NCBI GenBank assembly: GCA_963708295.1 | Contig: CAVPSJ010000011.1 | Location: forward strand, 128,001 to 192,000 | Origin: an uncultured delta proteobacterium | GTDB lineage: Bacteria; Desulfobacterota; BSN033; UBA1163 | DNA length: 64,000 nt | Direction of reading: 5' to 3' | Shown here: positions 43,652 to 53,325 of the stretch, piece by piece | Layout: each line of letters opens with the position of its first letter | Position numbering within the stretch: the stretch's first letter is position 1 | Notes under the pieces: generated by a model | Told to the model about the DNA's origin: nothing | Seen by the model: only the letters and a program-made list of their open reading frames with translations | Database searches by the model: none | Program-made: the position numbers and the translations under genes

Positions 43652-44614
43652 ATGAATATTCTTATTACCGGAGCAACTGGTTTTATCGGAAGATATCTTA
43701 CAGCAGCCCTGTCCAAGACTTATTCAGTGAGGTGCCTGGTAAGAAAAACTAGTGATATCAGCCCACTCAGAGACTTAAATGTTGAGCTGGTTTATGGGGA
43801 TTTACTTGATAAAGCCTCGTTACTTCCCGCCTTGGATAAGATAGATATCGTGTTCCATCTCGCAGGGGAAGTATATTCAAAAAAGGGGGCTGACTATTAC
43901 AATGGCAACGTTATGGGGACCAGGAACCTTTTGGAAGTATCTAAGAAAGGAAATCTCAAGAAAATAATTTACTTGAGTAGCATAGCAGTTTATAAACCGG
44001 TCAAGGAAAAAAAATTGCTTGCCGAGGAATCAGAGTGTGGTCCGATTACCCTATATGGCAAGAGTAAACTCGCTGCAGAAACAATGGTTAGACGGTCCAA
44101 TATACCGTTTGTTATCGTTAGAGCACCAGTTATATATGGCCCTAACCAGCCGCCTGTAATAAATAATTTTTTTTTAAACGCTCTTAAAAAGAAAAAAGTC
44201 TATATTATTGGAGACGGTCAGAATCTCCGAAGTATTTGTTTCATAAGAAATCTTACTAATGGACTATCGTTATTAATCAATAAGTTAGAAGCTGAAGGAA
44301 GAACATACGTGCTGTCTGACAACACGCCTTACACTTTCAACCAGATAACCTCGGCGATATCAAAAGTGTCCAACCACAAAATAAGGATCGTCTATCTGCC
44401 GAGCATACTAGCAGGAATCTCATGGCAAATTTATAAATTGATGGGTAATCTTTTTAATTTGTATTTTGTGGGCCTTTATGGGATCAAAACGATGCAACTA
44501 CATTTGGGATGCGATATCACCAAGGCTATGAAAGAAATGGGATACAGACCCTCAATCAGTCTGGAGGCGGGGATTAAATATACCGTCGAATGGATAGAAA
44601 ATTGTAACCTCTAG
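43652..44614 (+). CDS. NAD(P)-dependent extended SDR (epimerase/3-beta-HSD-like oxidoreductase)
   Basis: ITGATGFIG, FHLAG, LSSIAVY, YGKSK, R...IYGP. Confidence 0.88.
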   Translation: MNILITGATGFIGRYLTAALSKTYSVRCLVRKTSDISPLRDLNVELVYGDLLDKASLLPALDKIDIVFHLAGEVYSKKGADYYNGNVMGTRNLLEVSKKGNLKKIIYLSSIAVYKPVKEKKLLAEESECGPITLYGKSKLAAETMVRRSNIPFVIVRAPVIYGPNQPPVINNFFLNALKKKKVYIIGDGQNLRSICFIRNLTNGLSLLINKLEAEGRTYVLSDNTPYTFNQITSAISKVSNHKIRIVYLPSILAGISWQIYKLMGNLFNLYFVGLYGIKTMQLHLGCDITKAMKEMGYRPSISLEAGIKYTVEWIENCNL

Positions 44615-44643
44615 AAACTTCTGGAAACATAAACTTAAGCCTA

Positions 44644-45909
44644 ATGTATGGAAAATTAATGGAAAAAAGAAGAGTGGTTATCACAGGAATGGGAGTGGTT
44701 GCTCCCAACGGGATAGGATTAGAAGATTTTTGGAGTTCATTGTCACTCGGGCGATCGGGAATAAAAAAAATTACACGATTCGACGTATCCTCATACCCCG
44801 TCCAAATAGCTGGTGAAGTGCAGGATTTCAATCCTTTGATCTATATGACTCCCAAAAGAGTGAGACATATGGACAGGTTTGCTCAATTTGCAGTTACCTG
44901 TGCTAAAATGGCTTTAGAGGATTCCAAAGTAGACCTGACTAACACCGATACAAATAGAATCGGGATTGCTCTGGGATCGGCGCTTGGGGGGTTTCCTCTC
45001 GCTGAGGAACATTACGCGATTTTTTTAGAAAAAGGACTTAAGAGGGTTGACCCATACTTGGCAACAAGAACTTATATAGGGGGATCAACGAGTCAAGTTT
45101 CTATTGAATTAGGAATTAAAGGCCATTCAAATACAATCGGAGGGGCATGCGCGGTGGGAGCAGATAGTATCGGGTATGCACTTCTTGCGATTCGAAATAA
45201 TTTTGCTGATCTGATGATTGCGGGAGCAACAGAAGCACCTATTGCACCGCTAACCATTGGTTCCTTCTTCCAAATCGGGGCTCTCTCTCGTAAGAATGGA
45301 GACCCGACTCGGGCCTCAAGACCGTTTGATAGAGAACGAGATGGTTTTGTAATGAGCGAAGGAGGAGGAGTCTTGATCCTTGAAGATCTGGAAAATGCCC
45401 TAAGGAGAGGTGCCTCTATTTATGCGGAGGTGCTTGGTTACGCTACCACGAATGACTCTTATAGTATCACACATCCGCTACCTGACGGCCTACAGGCTAG
45501 AAAAGCGATGCAACTGGTACTGGAAGATGCCAATGTGGATCCCTCTGAAATCGATTACGTTAATGCTCATGGTTCCTCAACACCCTTAAATGATAAAATC
45601 GAAACAAAGATTCTAAAAGAAATTTTTGGAGAAAGAGCTTATAAACTACCCATCTCCTCCAATAAATCAATGATAGGCCATTCCTTAGGGGCCTCAGGAG
45701 CAATAGAGGTCATTGCTAGTACATTGACAATAAGGTACCAATTTATTCCTCCAACAATTAACTATGAATTTCCTGATCCTGAATGTGATTTAGATTACGT
45801 GCCAAATAAAGGAAGGAAGGCTTGCATTAACACGGTTCTATCGAGTTCATATGGATTCGGGGGGAAAAACTCCAATATTATTATAAGAAAATTCTCTACG
45901 TCTCATTAA
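44644..45909 (+). CDS. Stand-alone beta-ketoacyl synthase (FabF/KS-alpha family)
   Basis: RRVVITGMG, GACA catalytic Cys, NAHGSST, KSMIGHSLGA, GFGG.N; no ACP or other fab gene adjacent. Confidence 0.9.
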   Translation: MYGKLMEKRRVVITGMGVVAPNGIGLEDFWSSLSLGRSGIKKITRFDVSSYPVQIAGEVQDFNPLIYMTPKRVRHMDRFAQFAVTCAKMALEDSKVDLTNTDTNRIGIALGSALGGFPLAEEHYAIFLEKGLKRVDPYLATRTYIGGSTSQVSIELGIKGHSNTIGGACAVGADSIGYALLAIRNNFADLMIAGATEAPIAPLTIGSFFQIGALSRKNGDPTRASRPFDRERDGFVMSEGGGVLILEDLENALRRGASIYAEVLGYATTNDSYSITHPLPDGLQARKAMQLVLEDANVDPSEIDYVNAHGSSTPLNDKIETKILKEIFGERAYKLPISSNKSMIGHSLGASGAIEVIASTLTIRYQFIPPTINYEFPDPECDLDYVPNKGRKACINTVLSSSYGFGGKNSNIIIRKFSTSH

Positions 45910-45927
45910 GAATAGTAGCCTAGTCAG

Positions 45928-48088
45928 ATGAACACCTCTTTCATTATATCAGCAGCTCTATTAGGAATGCTCAGCCTCCTTTTTGGCGTTTTTGTCTATG
46001 CTAAGAACAAAACCTCAAATGTTAATAAAACCTGGATGATACTAAATTTCAGTGCTTCGTTATGGAGTTGGTCCCTCTTTGCGAGAGAATTATGCTCCGG
46101 TAGAGAAACAGCTCTTTTTTTTGTACGACTATGTTATGTTGGAGCAATTTTCATCCCACCCCTTTTCTTCCATTTTGTTAGTTTTCTAACGAAACGACTA
46201 GGAAGCAAATTGATTTTAGCTTTTTACAGTATAAGTTTGATTTTCTTAATCTTCAATTTCACAACTTTATTCATTAAGGATGTTAGACCAATTCTTTCTT
46301 TTCGTTATTATGGCATTCCGGGAATAGTATTTCCTTTCTTCGTCGGTTCGTTTATTGGGATAACAAGTTATGGCCATTATGTGTTATTTAGGTATTTTAG
46401 GGAATCACGGGGCGAAATACGAAATCAAATCAGATATTTGTTGTCTGCCACAATTATCGGTTTCTTAGGAGGGATATCAACCTTTTTGCCCGTTTTTAAT
46501 ATTGAAGTATTCCCATTTGGGTTTTATTTAATTTCGGTATACGTCGTGATTATCTCATATGCAATCGCAAAACACAGGTTGATGGATATTAATATTGTGT
46601 TAAAGAAGGGGACAACTTACATTCTTCTGTTGATAACCTTGTTTGTCCCGTCATTCCTTTTGATTCTTCTCGGCCAAAAGCTCTTCTTCTTTAAGATTAG
46701 TTATTTGTTCACGGCCATCATTGTTGCACTTCTATTTTTGGTGACCATCCTCTTTTACAGGATTAAGCCTCAGGCTGAAAGAGTGGTCGAGCAAGTTTTA
46801 TTCAAAAACCGCTACGATTATCGGGAGACGTTGGCAGACTTCAGCAAAGCCATGGTTTCTATTTTGGACCTGCAATCTCTTTCACGAAGAATCTTCGAAA
46901 CGATTACACAGACCATGGGGGTCGAGAAGGGATCTCTGTTTTTGTGGAATGAAGAAAAAGCAGGTTATTCTTTGTTCGAATCGAAAAGTATTGAAGCAAC
47001 TAGTGCAATTTCTCAGATTCCCAAAAGACGATCCCCTACCCCATTATTTGCAGAAAACGGGAGAGATTATTACCCGAGAAGAATTGGCAAAGGGAGTCAA
47101 TAACCCACCATTGAAGGATATTGCGGAGAAAATGTCTCTTTTAGATGCAGAAGTATCTATTCCTTTCATCTCAAAGGGACAACTCGTCGGTATGATGAAC
47201 TTGGGCTACAAGTTCACCAAAGATATTTATTCTTACGAGGATATTGAATTGCTCAGCACCCTGGCCAATCAAACGGCGATTGCTATTGAGAATGCAAGGT
47301 TATATGAAGACCTGAAGAGGTCAAAATCGTATATGCGCAGGGCGGATCGCCTTGCTTCCCTGGGAACCCTTACGGCTGGACTGGCCCATGAAATTCGTAA
47401 CCCCCTGGTGGCGATCAAGACCTTAACTCAGTTGTTGCCCGAGCGGCTTGAGGATGAGGAATTTCGAAGCCAGTTTCTCAAGATTGCTTCGGGGGAGGTA
47501 GACCGCATTTCTTCGCTCGTCAATGAGCTTCTCGATTTTGCCAGACCTTCCGACCCCAAGTGGGCGTTCGAGGACATCAACGCGATTTTAGACGGGATGA
47601 TTCTTTTGGTTTCGACGGGGACGAAGAAAAAACTCATCACCATTATTAAAAACTATGCCTCTAATTTACCACTTGCTCAGATCGATCGGGAACAGATTAA
47701 ACAAGTTGTTTTGAACATTTTATTGAATGCGATTGATGCTACCCCCGAGAACGGCACAATTACGGTTCAAACCCGATCCTTCATAAAACCAGGCGGAGAA
47801 CCCTACGTCCAGATTGAGCTCACGGACACGGGTTGTGGCATTCCAAGGGAGAACTTAGAAGACATCTTCAATCCTTTTTTCACAACAAAAGCCGCCGGGA
47901 GCGGGTTAGGGTTATCCATTTCGAACCAGATCATTCAAGACCACAAAGGATATATTGATGTGGAGAGTCAGTTGGAAAAAGGATCTTCCTTTTTCATCAA
48001 TTTACCGATCCGTCAGGACCATCCTAAAAGAAGAACGAGGGATTCAGAAAATAGCCAAAATGTCTCGTTGACCCCCGAGGAGCGATGA
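45928..48088 (+). CDS. Multi-TM (HisKA_7TM-like) + GAF sensor histidine kinase; single gene split by an extra base near 47023-47026
   Basis: N-terminal TM bundle ending YAI.K.RLMDI, GAF (EDIELL.TLANQ.AIAIENARLY), AHEIRNPL; removing one base from the C/A run gives continuous ..SQIPKDDPLPHYL.. Confidence 0.85.
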
Positions 48089-49623
48089 ACTACCAAGAGC
48101 TAATTCATTCCCCAATTATCTCATCTCAGATTATTTCGCTTATCGAAAAAGCCTCCCATAACAGTATCCCCGTTCTTATCCAGGGGGAGCATGGAACAGG
48201 GAAAGAATGGGTCGCTAAGATCATCCACCACGCCGGGGATTGGAAGTATTACCACTTTTATAAGATCGATTGCAAAACACAAACAGAGGATTCGTTCAAT
48301 CAACAGCTACAACGCATCTACACTGAGAACAACTTCGGAACCATCCCTGCCACAGTTTATTTCAAAGAAGTCGCCAGTCTGGAACCGCCTCTCCAGTCAA
48401 AGCTACTGGAACTGGTGGAAGATGGTTTTTTCCAAGCAGGTCTGGACAAGAAGATCATCACCAATCTCAGATTCATTGCGTCTTCCTCAGAGGATTTAAG
48501 AGAGAAAATCAGTCAGGGAAGATTTTCCGAGGATTTACACCACCGGCTCAATATTCTATCGATCCATATCCCACCCCTGAGAGACCGCGCCAAGGAGATC
48601 GCAACGATCATCAAATATGTTTTGGAAGAATATTCTAAGAAAATGAAAATAGGTAAGGTAGGAATATCTGACGTGGTTCTGAAATTGCTACAAAACTATT
48701 GGTGGCCGGGGAACCTGAAGGAATTGCAGCAAGTCATCGTCCGAAGTGCGATCTTTTCAGGGGGTAACCTTTTGACGGAAAAAGATCTTCTCTTCGAATC
48801 GGAAAATGAAAACAAATCTTTTGTCGCTTTTCTGAAGAAAGCCGACAAGGTCCCCGTCGAATCAAAACCCACCAACTTCTCATCCGACCAGAATGCGCAT
48901 CTTTTTTCGCTCTTCTTAATGGAGCTGGTCCATCGGATCAAGAATCCTTTGGTCTCCGTTAAGACCTTCACTCAACTTTTGCGAGAAAAATTCAACGACG
49001 GAGAATTTAGAGAACATTTTTACAAGATTGTCACGGAGGATATTGAAAAGATCGATACCGTCATGAACGGTCTTGTCCGTTACGTCAAAATTAATACGCC
49101 GATGGAAAAAAGGGACACGATCCACTTCATTCTCGAAGATGTATTAAGAAATCACGAAGCAGAACTCGAACGTAGAAAGATAAAACTGTTCAAGAAATTC
49201 GAAAAAGATCTTCCTGAAACGACCCTCCACGACGAACAGCTGAGATACATTTTGAATGCCCTTCTTCAATACGCGATCCCTTTTATCACTCCCAGCGGAA
49301 GCATCGGATTCTTAACCAAATCGTCTGATGCGGGAACCGAAGCCGGCGGATCACTCCCAAGGAATGGGAGATACATTGAAATTTTGATTGTTTTCACGGG
49401 TTACCGGAAACCCTTTGAACAATTCGAAACCGTATTGGGGATTCCTGCTGCCCCGAAGGAAGAGGCCATCGAATTGGAATTAAGGCTTATTAAAGAGATT
49501 ATTCAAAAGAATCAAGGGATGATGAAATTCGAAGTGAATGAAAAGAAACCGAGGACAGTGATTTCTTTGAAATTCCCTACTGAAAGAAGAAAGTTGATCT
49601 ATTATCAACCTGCGAATGTCTAA
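48085..49623 (+). CDS. Degenerate sigma54 AAA+ domain fused to HisKA and degenerate HATPase domain
   Basis: GEHGTGKE, WPGNLKEL but no GAFTGA, Walker B FKEV; C-half ELVHRIKNPLVSVKTFTQLL. Confidence 0.75.
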   Translation: MNYQELIHSPIISSQIISLIEKASHNSIPVLIQGEHGTGKEWVAKIIHHAGDWKYYHFYKIDCKTQTEDSFNQQLQRIYTENNFGTIPATVYFKEVASLEPPLQSKLLELVEDGFFQAGLDKKIITNLRFIASSSEDLREKISQGRFSEDLHHRLNILSIHIPPLRDRAKEIATIIKYVLEEYSKKMKIGKVGISDVVLKLLQNYWWPGNLKELQQVIVRSAIFSGGNLLTEKDLLFESENENKSFVAFLKKADKVPVESKPTNFSSDQNAHLFSLFLMELVHRIKNPLVSVKTFTQLLREKFNDGEFREHFYKIVTEDIEKIDTVMNGLVRYVKINTPMEKRDTIHFILEDVLRNHEAELERRKIKLFKKFEKDLPETTLHDEQLRYILNALLQYAIPFITPSGSIGFLTKSSDAGTEAGGSLPRNGRYIEILIVFTGYRKPFEQFETVLGIPAAPKEEAIELELRLIKEIIQKNQGMMKFEVNEKKPRTVISLKFPTERRKLIYYQPANV

Positions 49624-49632
49624 GAAAGGGAG

Positions 49633-51036
49633 ATGTTACCAGTGAACGAGAAGCTCAGAAGTGTCTTGGTGGTTGACGACGAGGTCGGGGCCCGTGAATC
49701 TCTCAAGATGATTCTAAAAAATGATTATGAGGTGTTTTCAGCGAAAGATGCGGAAGAGGCGTTTCATCACATCAAAGAGCGTTCCCCGGACGTCATCCTC
49801 CTGGACATCATTCTGCCCGACCTCGATGGGTTGAAGGTCTTGGAGAGGATCAAGCAGAATGACCCAGATATGGTTGTGATTATGATTACGGCCACAAAAA
49901 CGGTCAAAACGGCCGTAGAAGCAATGAAGCTCGGAGCCTATGATTATGTGACCAAACCCTTCGATATTGATGAATTACGCCTGATTATCAGCCGGTCCTT
50001 ATCCACCAAGGCTCTGGAGCACGAAGTTAAATATCGCCGAGAGGAGATGGATAAAAACTTTGATTTTAGAAATATTATCGGGAAAAGCAAATCCATGAAG
50101 GACATTTTCAAGGTGGTTAAACAAATCGCAGATTCGAAATCCACGGCTTTAATCATGGGAGAGAGTGGAACAGGAAAAGAGCTGATTTCCCGAGCTATCC
50201 ATTATAATAGCAATCGCAAGAATTATCCTTTTGTCACTATTAACTGTGCCGCGATTCCAGAAACGCTGATCGAGAGCGAACTGTTCGGACATGAAAAGGG
50301 GGCATTCACCAACGCCATCGAAAAGAAACTGGGCCGCTTCGAGGTCGCCCATCAGGGAACCCTTTTCCTTGATGAAATCGGTGAGTTGAGTTTGGCCACC
50401 CAGGCCAAAATCCTCAGGTTTCTTGAAGAAAGAGAATTTAACCGCGTGGGCGGCTCGAAGACGATTAAAGTTGATGTAAGGCTGATCACGGCTACCAACA
50501 AAGACCTGAATCAAATGATCAAGAAGGGAGGTTTCCGTGAGGATCTTTATTATCGAATTAACGTCGTCCCCATTTTGATCCCTCCCCTAAGGGAAAGGAA
50601 GGAAGACGTTCCTCTATTAATCGAGCATTTTGTAGGTAAATTTGGCACCGAAAATAATAGGAATGTGAAAGGAATCAGCAAAGAGGCTTTAGAGGTAATG
50701 ATGCAATATGAATGGCCTGGGAACATCCGCGAGTTAGAAAATTTGATTGAGCGCGTGATTACTTTGACGTCCAATGAATTTATTCAGCTGAATGAATTGC
50801 CTCCTTTCTTCAAGAGTGGTCCCCAGGTTGATGGATTGAAAGAATCGGTCCTGGGTGGAAAAGTCTCTTTTCTGCAAGCCGAAGAGGAGTTTGAGCGGGA
50901 GGTCATTTTAGACGCTTTGAAAAAGACGAATAACATCCAGTCCCATGCGGCAGAAATCTTAGGGATTAGCCGCCGGATATTGAAATATAAAATGGATAAA
51001 CTGGGCATCAATCAGGTTAAGCTCAAAGATTATTAA
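49633..51036 (+). CDS. Sigma54-dependent response regulator (NtrC family)
   Basis: [26 protein letters not shown]. Confidence 0.93.
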   Translation: MLPVNEKLRSVLVVDDEVGARESLKMILKNDYEVFSAKDAEEAFHHIKERSPDVILLDIILPDLDGLKVLERIKQNDPDMVVIMITATKTVKTAVEAMKLGAYDYVTKPFDIDELRLIISRSLSTKALEHEVKYRREEMDKNFDFRNIIGKSKSMKDIFKVVKQIADSKSTALIMGESGTGKELISRAIHYNSNRKNYPFVTINCAAIPETLIESELFGHEKGAFTNAIEKKLGRFEVAHQGTLFLDEIGELSLATQAKILRFLEEREFNRVGGSKTIKVDVRLITATNKDLNQMIKKGGFREDLYYRINVVPILIPPLRERKEDVPLLIEHFVGKFGTENNRNVKGISKEALEVMMQYEWPGNIRELENLIERVITLTSNEFIQLNELPPFFKSGPQVDGLKESVLGGKVSFLQAEEEFEREVILDALKKTNNIQSHAAEILGISRRILKYKMDKLGINQVKLKDY

Positions 51037-51044
51037 AATCATCA

Positions 51045-51072
51045 CAAAATTGTTAAATCCCGTTCAATTTTG
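51045..51072. promoter_or_regulatory. Inverted repeat, candidate enhancer (UAS) for sigma54 promoter
   Basis: CAAAATTG-12 nt-CAATTTTG about 120-145 bp upstream of the -24/-12 element. Confidence 0.45.
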
Positions 51073-51189
51073 AAGAACCCTGCCACGGGCGCCCCTTGGA
51101 ACAGCATCCCTCTCCGAATCGTATGATGATTCTTTTTTAATTCCAAATAGTTACACATCTATGTAAAATCGATTCTTCATGCCAGCATA

Positions 51190-51205
51190 TGGCAAACTTC
51201 TTGCT
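51190..51205 (+). promoter_or_regulatory. Sigma54 -24/-12 promoter of HD-GYP gene
   Basis: TGGCAAACTTCTTGCT, GG-N10-GC, near consensus. Confidence 0.8.
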
Positions 51206-51251
51206 TAAATGTTTCTTTTATCTGATTCCTATTCCACCGGGGGGCGAGGCA

Positions 51252-52388
51252 ATGGAAGCAAAAACCAACGCATCCAACATTCTCATCGTCGATGATGAAA
51301 TTGGGCCTAGAGAATCTCTACGAATGGTCCTAAAGCCGAACTATAATGTCTATACCGTTGAAAACGGATACGCTGCCATCCAAATGATTCAACAGGTCGA
51401 AATGGACGTATTGACGTTAGACCTCAAGATGCCAGGGATGAACGGAATCGAAACGCTCAAAGAAATTCGAATGATTTCCCCGGATGTCATGGTCATCATT
51501 ATCACAGGATACGGAACCTTGAAAACCGCCATTGAGGCGATTCGCTACGGGGTCTTTGATTATATCCCAAAGCCTTTCAATGTCCCCGAAATTTTATCGA
51601 TTATTGATAAATCCATCCAACGACGAAAACTCAATCTGAAGGTAAAAGAAGTTCTTGGCAACTGTTTCAATCAACAGCTCCTTCAAGAGCCCCTTGCTAA
51701 TGGGGATTCCCCCGTTCAAGGAGAAAACAAGCCAGTCGCCGATTGTAAATGGGATGATATTAACCTCTCGGACACGCAAAGTTGTCTCGAATTTGCCAAG
51801 GTCCTGGCATACACCCTTGAAGAGAAAGATCCTTATACCTCAGGCCATTCAGAGCGGGTCTGTTATTACTCGGATTTTATTTCCAAACGTCTTTCACTTT
51901 CACCTAAGGAGCGGAGTGAATTGCAGATCGCGTCTTATCTCCACGATATCGGAAAAATCGGCATCAGCAATCGGTTCATTAATAAAAAAGGGACCCTGAC
52001 CCCAACGGATTGGGCTGTCATCAAGCAGCACACCAGAAAATCGATTGAGCTTTTAGTCCCCTTGAATCTTTCCTCTAACATCATTTCTTATATCCAACAC
52101 CACCATGAACGTTACGATGGAACAGGCTATCCAGACGGATTAGCGGGGGAAAGAATCCCCCTGGGGGCGAGAATTATTGCCATCTCCGATTCCTACGACA
52201 GCATGACCTCGGATCGACCCTACCGAAAACCTCTTACGAACGGAGATGCGAAGAGTGAATTGCTGAAAAACGCCGGAAAGCAGTTTGATCCGAAGATTGT
52301 CAGTCTCTTCTTGGATGTATTAAAGGAAATGGAAGATGTCTTTCTCGTAAAAGATCATCTCAGAGCTCCTGCAGTATCCAATAGCTAG
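51252..52388 (+). CDS. REC + HD-GYP cyclic-dinucleotide phosphodiesterase (RpfG-like)
   Basis: REC; KDPYT.GHS.RV, LHDIGKIG, HHERYDGTGYPDGL; start moved to ATG 51252 (after RBS and downstream of the sigma54 promoter). Confidence 0.92.
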   Translation: MEAKTNASNILIVDDEIGPRESLRMVLKPNYNVYTVENGYAAIQMIQQVEMDVLTLDLKMPGMNGIETLKEIRMISPDVMVIIITGYGTLKTAIEAIRYGVFDYIPKPFNVPEILSIIDKSIQRRKLNLKVKEVLGNCFNQQLLQEPLANGDSPVQGENKPVADCKWDDINLSDTQSCLEFAKVLAYTLEEKDPYTSGHSERVCYYSDFISKRLSLSPKERSELQIASYLHDIGKIGISNRFINKKGTLTPTDWAVIKQHTRKSIELLVPLNLSSNIISYIQHHHERYDGTGYPDGLAGERIPLGARIIAISDSYDSMTSDRPYRKPLTNGDAKSELLKNAGKQFDPKIVSLFLDVLKEMEDVFLVKDHLRAPAVSNS

Positions 52389-52407
52389 AACGGTCCGGGA
52401 GATTTCA

Positions 52408-53163
52408 ATGAGCCGACTCATCCGTTGTAAGAATTGTGATCAAATTTTTCTAAAAAGCCCCTTTGACAAATGTCCGGAATACGGATTAGACTCCGGTGAT
52501 CCCCCTGAGAACTTTCAAAGCGTGGAGAGAGATGATTTCAGAGATTTCTTATTCCACCATCGGGGTCACCAATTGGAGGATTTGGATATCATTGAAGACT
52601 CTTACGTTAGCGAAAAGGCTTACTCCGAACCCGTCAAAACTTCTTTTCTTAAAGCGACCAACGGAAGAGAAAAGTTCGTGATCAAGAAATCTAGAGAGAG
52701 AATTGACGAACCCTTGAAATACGAATTGGTCTCCGGAGACTATTGCCTCAAATGCATCTCCGTAGTAATTCAACCCGAGGAGATCGAGAAACAATTAAGA
52801 AGAGAACTAAACCCGCCCCCTTCTCAAGACAAAATCGATGCCTTTCTGAAATTGATGGGTGCTCTCGCCGAGGACGTTGCCCTTCAAGACCTGGAAAGGA
52901 TTCCCGAGGCATCTCACCATCCTCTGGAGGTTTATTATAGAATCGATGATGTCCGTGTCATATATCTATTGAGAAACTGCCGCCATATTTTCGAAGGACA
53001 GGAATATTCGGCCATGGAGGAGTTCATCCGCCGACATAAGGACGATGGGGTACTGTTATTGAAAGCAATCTATAAAATCCAGATCAGCCAGAAGGCCGGA
53101 ACAAGGAAAAGGGTAACATCTCCCCTGCCCTTCGAAAAAGAAGAACTTTTTGGACAAAAATAG
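52408..53163 (+). CDS. Hypothetical protein with N-terminal CxxC
   Basis: Long ORF 19 nt after HD-GYP gene with RBS GGGAG; CKNC and HHRGH motifs. Confidence 0.7.
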   Translation: MSRLIRCKNCDQIFLKSPFDKCPEYGLDSGDPPENFQSVERDDFRDFLFHHRGHQLEDLDIIEDSYVSEKAYSEPVKTSFLKATNGREKFVIKKSRERIDEPLKYELVSGDYCLKCISVVIQPEEIEKQLRRELNPPPSQDKIDAFLKLMGALAEDVALQDLERIPEASHHPLEVYYRIDDVRVIYLLRNCRHIFEGQEYSAMEEFIRRHKDDGVLLLKAIYKIQISQKAGTRKRVTSPLPFEKEELFGQK

Positions 53164-53325
53164 ACTTCCCTCCTTCCTTCCTTCTTTTTCCCAACACAGA
53201 GGTCCCTGACTCGCCCTCAGGGACTTCTGTGGGTTTTCACAAAATTCAAACAATAAAATTGACAATAACACTTTAATCGGTTATTTTGGAATTAAATCTG
53301 CTGCTTACGCTCTTGGAGTATAGAG

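Noticed and set aside
46949-47103. Separate membrane protein and soluble kinase, or programmed frameshift
   Set aside because: One extra base in a short homopolymer restores a continuous TM-GAF-kinase; no slippery heptamer or downstream structure seen.
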